Positions 42,305 to 51,534 of a DNA stretch of 64,000 nucleotides are shown one piece after another. The notes beneath the pieces were generated by a model that had not been told where the DNA came from, searched no databases, and saw nothing but the letters and a program-made list of their open reading frames with translations. Both the position numbers and the translations under genes were made by a program. The stretch covers positions 1 to 64,000 of the IMG/VR virus record IMGVR_UViG_3300010167_000004; one strand, 5' to 3'. The first letter of the stretch is position 1. Each line of letters begins with the position of its first letter. The stretch comes from a virus.

Positions 42305-42862
42305 ATGGAAAACCAAGACGAAGATTTGAGTCATCTTGTCGCTGACGCCCCATCTGCTGCATCCGAAGTGATACAGGATATACAGGCGAAGATACGTAAG
42401 ATGCGAGAGCTAGAGATCGATATGCTTGAGAAGCAAGAGCTATTCAAAGCTGCCGAAAAAGAGTTTGAGGAATACAAGGCATCTGTAGTGCTTGCAAGTA
42501 TGACAAGTGCTGGACTTAACTCAATCGAAGATGAGAATGGAAACTTTGTTAAATTAGAAACGAAGTGGTATTGTAACCCTAACAAGAACGATGCGGATCG
42601 TAAGATCATTGAAGCATGGTTAATGAAACAGGGTGGCGACTTCCTTATCAAGCGTAAAGGTGAAGTGGAAGCAGAGCAGTTGGATATGATGCGTTCTGCT
42701 GGCATACCCTTCGCAGAAAAGATTGATATGAATACCAATTCACTTAAAGCATTTCTAAAAGATGCCCTTGGTTACACTAAGGGAAGCGTTGCAAAAATCT
42801 CTTTGGAAGAAATACCCGACTGTATACATTTTGTAATAGCGAATGAGGTTATTACAGGATGA
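42305..42862 (+). CDS. coiled-coil protein (possibly Gp157-like or Gam-like; not resolved)
   Basis: 185 aa, SD AGAGGAG. The N-terminal heptad-like region sits in a replication/recombination context. Confidence 0.7.
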   Translation: MENQDEDLSHLVADAPSAASEVIQDIQAKIRKMRELEIDMLEKQELFKAAEKEFEEYKASVVLASMTSAGLNSIEDENGNFVKLETKWYCNPNKNDADRKIIEAWLMKQGGDFLIKRKGEVEAEQLDMMRSAGIPFAEKIDMNTNSLKAFLKDALGYTKGSVAKISLEEIPDCIHFVIANEVITG

Positions 42863-43083
42863 CCGATCAAGCCCCACTGAATTGCTCTTGCCCTAAATGT
42901 CATACTGATATTCAGGTGCTAATGAGGCACAACACAGACGAGAACCATGTTATGGATTCAGTGCAAGAGATGATGGGGGATGATCTTAAACTGGTCGGGA
43001 GTTATACATTTATCGGAGAGAGTAAATGCACATGCGGTAATTTAATAATAGCGTGTCTTACAATATCTGCACAAGCCATTTAA
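42859..43083 (+). CDS. zinc-ribbon protein
   Basis: CSCPKC...CTCG. ATGA overlap. Confidence 0.55.
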   Translation: MTDQAPLNCSCPKCHTDIQVLMRHNTDENHVMDSVQEMMGDDLKLVGSYTFIGESKCTCGNLIIACLTISAQAI

Positions 43084-43102
43084 TTAAGGTGGAGGGAATC
43101 CC

Positions 43103-45844
43103 TTGCTATCGGATAAAAGCAACCGGGATTACAATAACGTACTAGGTGTTACGTATAAAGAAGCGAAGGATCTGATGGAGGTTCAAGAGCATCTCATAAG
43201 TAACCAAGCGGGTAAAGGTTTCGCCAGTAGGGATCTATGCGAAAAGTTTGCACGTGACAACCACATGGACGTTACTGTATACATGAAATCATTAGGCACA
43301 TTCCGTAGCGTGAGTCATCGTGGAGACAGCTTGACTCACGCTGAATGGAATCGTCTATATAGAGACATTCTTTATTACTCCTATGAAACGAACACAGGAG
43401 ATACAAAGATTGCTTATTATGACGCTAGTGGTTATCACAACTTGATCAAAGCAAAGATATTTGGGGAGCAAGCAGATGGAAAATATCAGCCGTTATACTA
43501 TAGAGATTACTTCGTGCCTACAGGATACTATAGTGAGGAGCGAGGTGCGTTTAATTCTGCACGATCTTTTACAACGTTTGCTAGACAAACAGGAGCAGAC
43601 ACAGAACATATCTATACGTTGCTCAAGGCTCTTGCAGGAGAATGTTACCCCTACCTATTATCTTGGTTACGACACAAACTTATCTACCCTACCAAAAAAA
43701 TCGAAGTCATTCCTATCTTTACTGGAAGCCAAGGAACAGGAAAAAGCACCTTCGGAGAAGTCATCTGCAAAGCACTCTTTGAACAGGAGAACGTAATTGT
43801 ATCATACCAGTTTGATAGTGGCGCACGGTTCAACGCAGATCAGGCAGATGCCCTTGTTGTATGTATCGAAGAAAAAACACAAGAAGATAAGCGTAATACC
43901 GCAAGTATGCTCAAGTCATCTGCCACAGCAACACAGGTACGTAAAGAAAATAAAGGCGTTGACCCATATTATCAAGACAGTCACACAGCGTATGTCATGT
44001 CAACTAATGAGGTTGTCCCTATTAAGTTTGAGGATAGAGATAATCAGAGAAGGTTTATGATTATGGAAGTAGATCCAGATTTCACACGAGACAAATCAGC
44101 CTTAGCGGATGAGGTATTCACACGCCTATATGGTTACGATGGTAATGGTAATGAGGTCACTACACGATTAGTAGATGATAAAGCAGCTATTGAACAATTC
44201 AAATATGAATTACTCCATGAAAGAGATACCGAGGGTGTAAACTATCGTCAATTTCCAAAGACTGACGCATATCATCGCTGCTTTAATATACCCCGGACAG
44301 GTGAATCTATTGAGGTTGAGACAACGATCAAGGCTCTTGCGCCGTTCATTAAGGAGTCACTACTCAAGCGTACAGAAGTAGATCGATTATTCATTGAGGA
44401 TGACGGAGAAGTGCATGAGATATTCTTAGACGGTGTAATCCATGACACTAACGCTATGCAATTTGTAAGCGGTAAAGGGGGACGTACAGATCGCCTTGCT
44501 ATATGCAAACAATTAGTATTCAGTAATGCAATGGGCCAAGCACTTAGTCCGTCAGTAGTTGATCGTGTGTTATTAGATATGCGTAAATGGTTACTTGATC
44601 TATATAATTTGACACTGTTAGCAGACACTAATCCACCGAGCAATGGTTTTAAGAATATACATACGAAGGTAAGGACATCACCAGCCGCATGGTTCGCACT
44701 AAAACAAGGAGGAGAAAATGATGTATCATCTACGCCGAAAGTGGATGTTTCTAAGGCACAGGGTACAATGCAAAATACGAATAAAAAAGATACGGCTCAA
44801 ATGGTTGCTACGAACACGATTCAACCCGAATCAAGAGCAAAGATTACAGTGCCTACTAGAGCAATTACGGAACGTATAGGACAAAGAGCCAGATATAATC
44901 ATAAGTTTTTATTTGATCCAGATGGTGAGTTTGAGACACTTAATGAGATTCGACCAAAACATTATGACGCATGTATGAAATGTTATAGCAGGGGTAATAT
45001 AACAATGGCTCTATGTAAAGCATGTCCTCATAATCGGCGTAAAGAAACCGCCGCATATATGGATACATTCTTATTAGAATCTGATACTGTTTCTAAAACG
45101 ATTGAGGCAATCGAAGATAAACTAGCTGCTACATTTAGTCCTGACGATAAAGTAGAAGCAGAAGTGTTCTATGCTGGCAGACTTAAAATACAAGAGAGCG
45201 AAGCTATTCGTCTATTTAATAGTAAGCAGATATGCAGGGTAGTGTATTCGGGTAGTAAGTCAATACATATGTTAGTGCGCATACAAGATAGCCCACGCAC
45301 ATTAGACGAAAGAGTATGGCTTGATGCTTACCTCAAATCAACACTCTCTGATCGTTTAGTATTTGATGCGAGTACAAAAGATCCTACTAGGCTTACACGC
45401 TCACCTGTTGAGAAAGAACGTATTACTACTTATAAGAGTTATCAATTCAAAATTATTGGTGAGCAAAGATTACTTCAAGAAAATTGGGATAATGTTCTCA
45501 ACATAAATTGGCGTGGGATATACGAGGCATGGAAAAATGCGCCATTATCATCGTATGAGCAGCGTGGTAAATTACTGCCAAGTAAACCTATCTACCATGA
45601 AGCGGTTAAATCTATCCTAGATGAGACGTACTTTATAGATCGTAGGTGGGCTGGTATGAGGCAAGAGACATTCTTCCCGGCGTATAGGTTACTTCGTGCA
45701 ATGGGTTATTCTACGAGGGAGTTATGGAGAGAATTGAACAAACAAATTGATTCACATTACCAACGTGATCAAATTGAGTATTGGAAAAGTAGACAAACGT
45801 CAGATATAATCAAATCAATAGATAGAGAGTACGATGAAAACTAA
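43103..45844 (+). CDS. replicative helicase (VirE/D5-like P-loop) fused to a C-terminal AEP-type primase domain
   Basis: GSQGTGKST (Walker A), ALVVCIEE (Walker B), a Cys4 cluster CMKC...CKAC, then YSGSKSIHMLV and FDASTKDPTRLTRSP, which look like AEP motifs II and III. TTG start after GGAGGG. Confidence 0.75.
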   Translation: MLSDKSNRDYNNVLGVTYKEAKDLMEVQEHLISNQAGKGFASRDLCEKFARDNHMDVTVYMKSLGTFRSVSHRGDSLTHAEWNRLYRDILYYSYETNTGDTKIAYYDASGYHNLIKAKIFGEQADGKYQPLYYRDYFVPTGYYSEERGAFNSARSFTTFARQTGADTEHIYTLLKALAGECYPYLLSWLRHKLIYPTKKIEVIPIFTGSQGTGKSTFGEVICKALFEQENVIVSYQFDSGARFNADQADALVVCIEEKTQEDKRNTASMLKSSATATQVRKENKGVDPYYQDSHTAYVMSTNEVVPIKFEDRDNQRRFMIMEVDPDFTRDKSALADEVFTRLYGYDGNGNEVTTRLVDDKAAIEQFKYELLHERDTEGVNYRQFPKTDAYHRCFNIPRTGESIEVETTIKALAPFIKESLLKRTEVDRLFIEDDGEVHEIFLDGVIHDTNAMQFVSGKGGRTDRLAICKQLVFSNAMGQALSPSVVDRVLLDMRKWLLDLYNLTLLADTNPPSNGFKNIHTKVRTSPAAWFALKQGGENDVSSTPKVDVSKAQGTMQNTNKKDTAQMVATNTIQPESRAKITVPTRAITERIGQRARYNHKFLFDPDGEFETLNEIRPKHYDACMKCYSRGNITMALCKACPHNRRKETAAYMDTFLLESDTVSKTIEAIEDKLAATFSPDDKVEAEVFYAGRLKIQESEAIRLFNSKQICRVVYSGSKSIHMLVRIQDSPRTLDERVWLDAYLKSTLSDRLVFDASTKDPTRLTRSPVEKERITTYKSYQFKIIGEQRLLQENWDNVLNINWRGIYEAWKNAPLSSYEQRGKLLPSKPIYHEAVKSILDETYFIDRRWAGMRQETFFPAYRLLRAMGYSTRELWRELNKQIDSHYQRDQIEYWKSRQTSDIIKSIDREYDEN

Positions 45845-46151
45845 ACCAAAAGAAGTACGATTACTAGGAGTTATGTATAAAGTGGTCTATTTCGATGATA
45901 TAAAAAGATTTGATCTAGGCGCAGTAGGATACATAGACTATGAGAGCAGGGTGATAGGCATATGGGAAAAATTAAATATCAGGGATACATGGCAATGTAT
46001 TATACATGAAGCCTTACATGGTATTAGCAATGACTTCCATATGGATTGGTTAGAGAAATGCCATGATGATGACATAGATAGGTTAGCATTACTGCTAATA
46101 AACTTCATAGAGGAGAACATATTAAATGGCGAAAGACATAACAAAAGATGA
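45834..46151 (+). CDS. small HExxH zinc-metallopeptidase-like protein
   Basis: IIHEALHGI. 105 aa. Confidence 0.55.
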   Translation: MKTKPKEVRLLGVMYKVVYFDDIKRFDLGAVGYIDYESRVIGIWEKLNIRDTWQCIIHEALHGISNDFHMDWLEKCHDDDIDRLALLLINFIEENILNGERHNKR

Positions 46152-46695
46152 TCCAGTATTCTTATACATACTGATCGATAAACTACAGCCATATATCCAA
46201 GCAGCACGCCAATGGTGGGCTGATAAAGAAGGGCATAGTTTCCAGACAACCAGCACGTTTCCTATCAAATGGGGGCCGCCGGGGTTCTATGAGAAATGTA
46301 CCCGCTCACCACGTCAGTCACCAGTGTACGGTATACAGGCATTTCCTATAGTGCATGTATCACATCTTCAATTACCACGCATGCCTTTAGGTGCTATGAG
46401 CATGGTTGAAAAGTTAACCAAAGATGGTATTGAGATAGAGGAGTTTGTAATCATCGGTAAATCCGGGCTTCAAAGCACGAGCCGATTAAGTTTATTCCTC
46501 TGTATTATACCAAAGAAAGAGTTAGAAGCACGGTCAATGTCACGATGGGTATACATGCGGCCTAATGAAATGATTGAATTAGTGAGTGGCGCAGTACCTA
46601 AGTCACTAGTAGAACGGCTATTACCATTTGCCGTAGAGTATAAAGGCGATATTGGTATGGAAACTATAGGTATAAATAGTAAAAGAGTAGAGTAG
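46126..46695 (+). CDS. hypothetical protein
   Basis: 189 aa, SD AGGAG. Confidence 0.65.
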   Translation: MAKDITKDDPVFLYILIDKLQPYIQAARQWWADKEGHSFQTTSTFPIKWGPPGFYEKCTRSPRQSPVYGIQAFPIVHVSHLQLPRMPLGAMSMVEKLTKDGIEIEEFVIIGKSGLQSTSRLSLFLCIIPKKELEARSMSRWVYMRPNEMIELVSGAVPKSLVERLLPFAVEYKGDIGMETIGINSKRVE

Positions 46696-46837
46696 TATGA
46701 TAGAATATCATTACCTAGCTTCGTTGAAGAAGGTTTGATATATTCGGTACATAGCATATTACATAATATATAGTGTATTGTGTTTTGAGTCTACCAGTTA
46801 TGTATCGAGAATGAATGAAGTTGTAAGGAGAAGTAAG

Positions 46838-47599
46838 ATGGCAAAGCAAGAAGCAAGCAGTCAAACTTCGGGTGTAAACGCAACACCAGATGCGTTGGAT
46901 GAGGATTTTCTCAATCAGTTTGCAGGGCAGAAACAAAGTGAGATACCGCAAGAGGCGTTATCAGTAGCGTTTCTTTCCATCACCAATTCGTTGAGTGATG
47001 CGGTTGCTAACAAGCAAGCCGAGGAAGGGGTATTCTTCAATTCTGGTACGGGTCATGCGCTAGGTGCAGAGGTACGTGTAGTACCTGTGGCCTACAAAAC
47101 CGTATGGGATGAGAAGGATCGGGCAGGGAAAACATTGATGAGGTATGAGCCAAAAGGTATACCTGTCAATCTCGTGCCGCCCCCTCCGGGTAAGCCGGGT
47201 TATCCCACCATGATCAATCCTGACACGGGCAATCAGATAGTAGAGACCTTCGCTTATGCGTTGGTACTGCCTGATGACCCCGGAGCCGGGTTCGTAATGC
47301 TCACGGCTGGTCTTGGAAGTATGAAGATTTTCCGCAGATGGAACACCATGATGAGTCAAGTACGGTTGCCGAATGGCGATCCGGCTCCGATTCATCTTCG
47401 GACATGGCGGCTCATAGCGGGAAGCAGAATATCCAAGACAACGGGCAAAGCGTTCTACGGCTTAGACAACATCGTTGATGAGGGATGGGTTAAGAGAGAT
47501 CTACATCAAGCCCTCATACTTCCAGCACGAGATCGTTCTCATCAATTCTTGCTCGCCGCACCTACGGGTGACAGCACTGACGCAGAGGCGGCAGAGTAG
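46838..47599 (+). CDS. hypothetical protein with an acidic C-terminal tail (possible ssDNA-binding or annealing role)
   Basis: SD GGAG upstream of the ATG at 46838. 253 aa ending GDSTDAEAAE. No motif recognised. Confidence 0.7.
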   Translation: MAKQEASSQTSGVNATPDALDEDFLNQFAGQKQSEIPQEALSVAFLSITNSLSDAVANKQAEEGVFFNSGTGHALGAEVRVVPVAYKTVWDEKDRAGKTLMRYEPKGIPVNLVPPPPGKPGYPTMINPDTGNQIVETFAYALVLPDDPGAGFVMLTAGLGSMKIFRRWNTMMSQVRLPNGDPAPIHLRTWRLIAGSRISKTTGKAFYGLDNIVDEGWVKRDLHQALILPARDRSHQFLLAAPTGDSTDAEAAE

Positions 47600-47605
47600 G
47601 ATCAT

Positions 47606-47639
47606 GTGTGCCGAAGGGATTTATTCCCCTTCGGCATGC
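47606..47639 (+). terminator. GC-rich hairpin (GCCGAAGGG/CCCTTCGGC, extendable) after the gene stop
   Basis: 9-bp perfect stem with a 7-8-nt loop. No T-run follows. Confidence 0.45.
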
Positions 47640-47706
47640 GTGAAATATAGGTATGTTGTACCTATAAATCGTACATGTAAAAGGGAAAAATTGTGAGTGA
47701 AAACAC

Positions 47707-47985
47707 ATGATGTTACTTCGATGTCCCATTTGCAAAAAGGTTCTAGGCCCGGTTCTAGCGGCTGACGATACAGCAATTCACATACCGCAGAATAATGCGT
47801 ATGTTCAAAAATACATTTGCTCTGGCTGTATGAAACCATTGATTATTAAAGTAGAGGTAAACGATGGACAAAGACAAACTAACCCCTATACAGGGTATTC
47901 TTTCCAAAGGGGATCTCCAATGGGAGGCGGGAGCGGGGGGAACGGATGGTGGCATGGAGGCGGTGGGGGCGGTGGTAGAGGGTAA
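47707..47985 (+). CDS. zinc-ribbon protein with a Gly-rich tail
   Basis: CPICKK...CSGC, then GGGSGGNGWWHGGGGGGGRG. Confidence 0.5.
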   Translation: MMLLRCPICKKVLGPVLAADDTAIHIPQNNAYVQKYICSGCMKPLIIKVEVNDGQRQTNPYTGYSFQRGSPMGGGSGGNGWWHGGGGGGGRG

Positions 47986-48274
47986 GAAGTTTGATCAGGG
48001 TAAACTCCAATGGCATACCATAAACCCACTTATGGAACAAATAGAACAAGTAGTCAAAATACTAGAGGATGGTGTTAAGACGTACGGTCTGAACAACTGG
48101 ATGAATGTTACACCATTTGAAGAACGATATAGCAATGCCCTGATGCGGCATGTCACCGCATACATGAAGGGTGAGATTACAGATCCTAACAGTTGCCGTC
48201 ATCATCTAGCTCATGCTATATGTAATTGTTTGTTTCTAATGCACGGAGGAAATAACAATGCCGAAACAGAATAA
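47864..48274 (+). CDS. MazZ-like dATP/dGTP diphosphohydrolase-domain protein (start uncertain; alternative ATG at 47954)
   Basis: KKFDQGKLQW...GVKTYGLNNW...ALMRHVTAY...DPNSCRHHLAHAICNCLFL matches my recollection of the K.D.GK...KYG..NW...RH...HLAH pattern. Confidence 0.6.
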   Translation: MDKDKLTPIQGILSKGDLQWEAGAGGTDGGMEAVGAVVEGKKFDQGKLQWHTINPLMEQIEQVVKILEDGVKTYGLNNWMNVTPFEERYSNALMRHVTAYMKGEITDPNSCRHHLAHAICNCLFLMHGGNNNAETE

Positions 48275-48458
48275 GCAAGATGTATTATATACAGTGCAAT
48301 TACCTGAAAAGGGTTGCTTTAAGTGTAAGTCATCACGATTTAATTCGTATGGTATGCCTACTTGTGACCTATTAGAATCAGGTAACGAGGTAGATTTCGT
48401 AGGTATTTGTAATCTATATGAGGAACAAGCAAATGGACTCAATCCAACCCATGATTAA
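48258..48458 (+). CDS. small hypothetical protein
   Basis: 66 aa, SD GGAGGAA. Confidence 0.55.
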   Translation: MPKQNKQDVLYTVQLPEKGCFKCKSSRFNSYGMPTCDLLESGNEVDFVGICNLYEEQANGLNPTHD

Positions 48459-48612
48459 TTTAGAGTTAACACTAGAAGAATTAGCATTTATATCTAAGCA
48501 AGTGGATCGCTACATGGAATCTAAAAATCATCCATCTACTATTGCCCTCATGCTGCAAGAAAAAATAGAAGATGCCTCAATGAAACATACAAGGACACTA
48601 CGATGGACGTAA
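48433..48612 (+). CDS. small hypothetical protein
   Basis: SD GAGGAA upstream of the ATG at 48433. 59 aa. Confidence 0.5.
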   Translation: MDSIQPMINLELTLEELAFISKQVDRYMESKNHPSTIALMLQEKIEDASMKHTRTLRWT

Positions 48613-50405
48613 TAGCGGTAGACATTGAAGTACAAGAATCTAACCTTAACGACTTAGGGCCGGGGGAAATACGCAATGATGGATATATTCTATCTGTAGG
48701 TATCACCGGGCCAACAGGTACGGTTGTATATAACTACAATGATCCTAATGACTATGATCAAATAAAAAATATACTAGCAAATCCAAATACAATTAAAGTC
48801 ATGCACAATGCAGTATATGACGCTTCGTGGCTACAAAATGGGGCTGGATTCAAAATCAATGGGCCTATCCATGACACTATGGCTCAAGCAGCATTGATAA
48901 ACGAATATGCTGGACACTATGACTTGGATAGTTGTTGCTTACGTGAAGGTGTAGAAGGCAAGAACTATGAGGATACTATTGAACAATGGTGGCATGAGAA
49001 TGGATTCCAAGGCAAAGCAATCGCCAATCTTGCTACAATACCACAACATATTAGAGATAAATATAATGCGCAAGACGCTAAAGCAACGTATGAATTGTAC
49101 CATAATCAGAATGTGAAATTAAAAGCAATGCGCTTACAAGAAGCCGCAGAACTGGAATATGCACAGATACCTATTGTGGTGGAGATGCGCAAGAATGGTA
49201 TACGTATTGATATACCAAAGATTGATCAGTATACCATACAGACTCAACAGGAAGTAACAGAAGGATTGGCACATCTTGAAAGTAAATATGGTTTAACATC
49301 ATTGACAAAGCGTAAAGGGCCGGGGGCATTGCCTACTGTTATACAGGAACTTGGCCTAGCAGATCAGTGTGGTTCAACACCTACAGGACAATTAGCGGTG
49401 GGTGTTGAATCATTGTCACTTATTGATCACCCATTCATTGAAGCGGTGATGGCGTTAAAACGAAAGCAAACTATGTTAGAGAAGTATCTAACTTCTGCAC
49501 TTGTAGACTTTCGTATAGGAGATAGAATACATGGATCATTCAACCCTTACCTCTCTTACGAGGGTGGAACAATTACTGGACGATATAGTAGCAAGCAGCC
49601 AAACATGCAAAACTTTACTAGCCGAGAGGAGAAAGGCGGCGACATCATCAGAAGCGTCTTTCTCCCTGATGAGGGATGCTTACTTGGAAGCTTTGACTAT
49701 AAGCAGATTGAGTATAGACTCCTTGCGCACTTTGCAATCGGCCCCGGAAGTGAAGCGTTACGTGAGAACATACGCCAAGGAGCGGACTACCACAAGTTAG
49801 TACAATCCATGCTCGGATGGGATTTCCCTGACGCACGTAAGGTTGTTAAGAACTTTAACTTTGGTATGATATATGGTATGGGTTTGAATGGATTCAAAAA
49901 GAAGTTTGCATTGGAAGTACGCAAGGCAGCACGAGCCGTAGGCATGACAACAGATCAATACACCGAGAAGTATTATAATGAATATATGCGAAGGATGACA
50001 TTCATACGTCCTACTGTAAATAGCATACAGGTATTAGCAAGGCAGTATGGAAGTATCAGAAGTGTAGGTGGACGTATACACCGTCTACCACCGGACGGCA
50101 GGGACTATGCTATTGTCAACTATCTCATTCAAGGCTCCGCTGCTGACGTGCTTAAAATGGGGCTTAGAGATGGATGGAACGCTGGAGTATTCAACGTACT
50201 CAACCTCCATCTAACCGTGCATGATGAGAATGTATTCTCTATACCACGCACTAAAGAGGCTGTAGAAGCAGCACGAGAGTTTGAGCAACTAATGTCTAAC
50301 TGTTGCAAGGGATTAAAAATACCTATCAACATTGACGCAGAAGTAGGGCCAGATTGGGCGAATGTAGATAATCAGCAATGGGTACAATTACAAGAGGCTG
50401 TATGA
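48603..50405 (+). CDS. family A DNA polymerase with a 3'-5' exonuclease domain
   Basis: Exo I AVDIEV, Exo II HNAVYDASWL, Exo III YNAQDAKATYEL. Pol motif A FDYKQIEYRLLAH, motif B RKVVKNFNFGMIYGMG, motif C VHDEN. Confidence 0.9.
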   Translation: MDVIAVDIEVQESNLNDLGPGEIRNDGYILSVGITGPTGTVVYNYNDPNDYDQIKNILANPNTIKVMHNAVYDASWLQNGAGFKINGPIHDTMAQAALINEYAGHYDLDSCCLREGVEGKNYEDTIEQWWHENGFQGKAIANLATIPQHIRDKYNAQDAKATYELYHNQNVKLKAMRLQEAAELEYAQIPIVVEMRKNGIRIDIPKIDQYTIQTQQEVTEGLAHLESKYGLTSLTKRKGPGALPTVIQELGLADQCGSTPTGQLAVGVESLSLIDHPFIEAVMALKRKQTMLEKYLTSALVDFRIGDRIHGSFNPYLSYEGGTITGRYSSKQPNMQNFTSREEKGGDIIRSVFLPDEGCLLGSFDYKQIEYRLLAHFAIGPGSEALRENIRQGADYHKLVQSMLGWDFPDARKVVKNFNFGMIYGMGLNGFKKKFALEVRKAARAVGMTTDQYTEKYYNEYMRRMTFIRPTVNSIQVLARQYGSIRSVGGRIHRLPPDGRDYAIVNYLIQGSAADVLKMGLRDGWNAGVFNVLNLHLTVHDENVFSIPRTKEAVEAAREFEQLMSNCCKGLKIPINIDAEVGPDWANVDNQQWVQLQEAV

Positions 50406-50611
50406 ATACATGGATCTTCTGGTGCAGTATGTGTAATTCCGCATTAGTGGCGATCTGTAAGACATATGAGGAAGGGGTAGAACAACTACGTGCTAATGGG
50501 CATGAGTATATAGATGAGATCAAACAAGTAAAATGTAGCCTATGCTTGTATAAAGAGCGAGAGCAAAAAGAAATGAATAAGATGGAGGCGCACATTGAGT
50601 TGGAAGTTTGA
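50402..50611 (+). CDS. zinc-ribbon protein
   Basis: CSMC...CSLC. ATGA overlap with the polymerase stop. Confidence 0.55.
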   Translation: MNTWIFWCSMCNSALVAICKTYEEGVEQLRANGHEYIDEIKQVKCSLCLYKEREQKEMNKMEAHIELEV

Positions 50612-50771
50612 ATTTGAAAAATATACGCATACGTTATCACCAGAGAAACGTAAGAGTATGACCATAGAAGATTGGTTTAAGTTAGGATACCAAGCCGCAG
50701 AACAGCAACACAAGAGATCATTGCAAAACTATGATCCAGTATATAACCCACATGGAGAAATAATTGTATGA
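50595..50771 (+). CDS. possible 58-aa protein with a TTG start
   Basis: GGAGG sits 6 nt upstream of the TTG at 50595. It fills an otherwise empty gap, and its stop overlaps the next ATG. Confidence 0.35.
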   Translation: MSWKFEFEKYTHTLSPEKRKSMTIEDWFKLGYQAAEQQHKRSLQNYDPVYNPHGEIIV

Positions 50772-50920
50772 AAACAAAAACATTCAAAATGCCACTTGCC
50801 CTATGGCCTAAGAAGTATCGGAAGTACACGTCATTTCGATACAGTATGAATCAAGTTGATGGTACAAAAGTGAAACGTCTTAAAGATGAAAAAGAGGAGT
50901 TAATGAAATATGTTAAGTAA
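50768..50920 (+). CDS. possible 50-aa basic protein
   Basis: MKTKTFKMPLALWPKKYRKY... ATGA overlap upstream. It overlaps the HD gene start. Confidence 0.4.
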   Translation: MKTKTFKMPLALWPKKYRKYTSFRYSMNQVDGTKVKRLKDEKEELMKYVK

Positions 50921-51524
50921 ATGGCTATTGGAACCTCATACAGAGAATGAGTATAAGGAAATGGTTTATGAAACATTATCAGTGCATAAGCAACAGTTAG
51001 ATGAGTTATGGAACTGGGTTTGTAGCACTGACTACTTCAAAGCACCAGCGTCAACGCAATACCACGGTGCTGAACCATTTGGTTTAGTAAAACATTCATT
51101 GGCAGTATGGGATGCTTTGAAAGAACATACGCAACATTTATTGCCGCCAGAAGTAGGCCGGGGTACAGATGCGTATGACCGGGACGGATTAGTGGCGGCG
51201 TTATTCCATGACGTTGTGAAATGTAATCTGTATAGAGAAGTACAGAAATGGCGTAAGGATAAAAACGGTAGGTGGGAGTCATATCCCGGCTATGAAGTTG
51301 ATGTGACACAGATACAAATTGATCATGGAGCAGAATCATTACGCCGTATTGAAAAGTATTACGAGTTTGAACATGAGGCATGGGCTATGGCGGTGGCCTA
51401 CCATATGGGGCCGCCTGATCAATATATAGCAAAAAAGCAATACTATCAGGCGATAGAGGCATATCCAGAAGTGTTATGTTTATATACGGCTGATGTATAT
51501 GCTACATTTATCACAGGATATTAA
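50910..51524 (+). CDS. HD-domain phosphohydrolase (YhaM-type HD)
   Basis: PASTQYHGAEPFGLVKHSLAV, AALFHDVVK, DHGAES. Confidence 0.7.
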   Translation: MLSKWLLEPHTENEYKEMVYETLSVHKQQLDELWNWVCSTDYFKAPASTQYHGAEPFGLVKHSLAVWDALKEHTQHLLPPEVGRGTDAYDRDGLVAALFHDVVKCNLYREVQKWRKDKNGRWESYPGYEVDVTQIQIDHGAESLRRIEKYYEFEHEAWAMAVAYHMGPPDQYIAKKQYYQAIEAYPEVLCLYTADVYATFITGY

Positions 51525-51534
51525 GGAGTAGAAG

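Noticed and set aside
47864-51524. Declaring a 2-aminoadenine (Z) genome
   Set aside because: No PurZ/PurA-like ORF (GDEGKGK P-loop) is visible in the window. The HD protein looks like the YhaM type rather than clearly DatZ.
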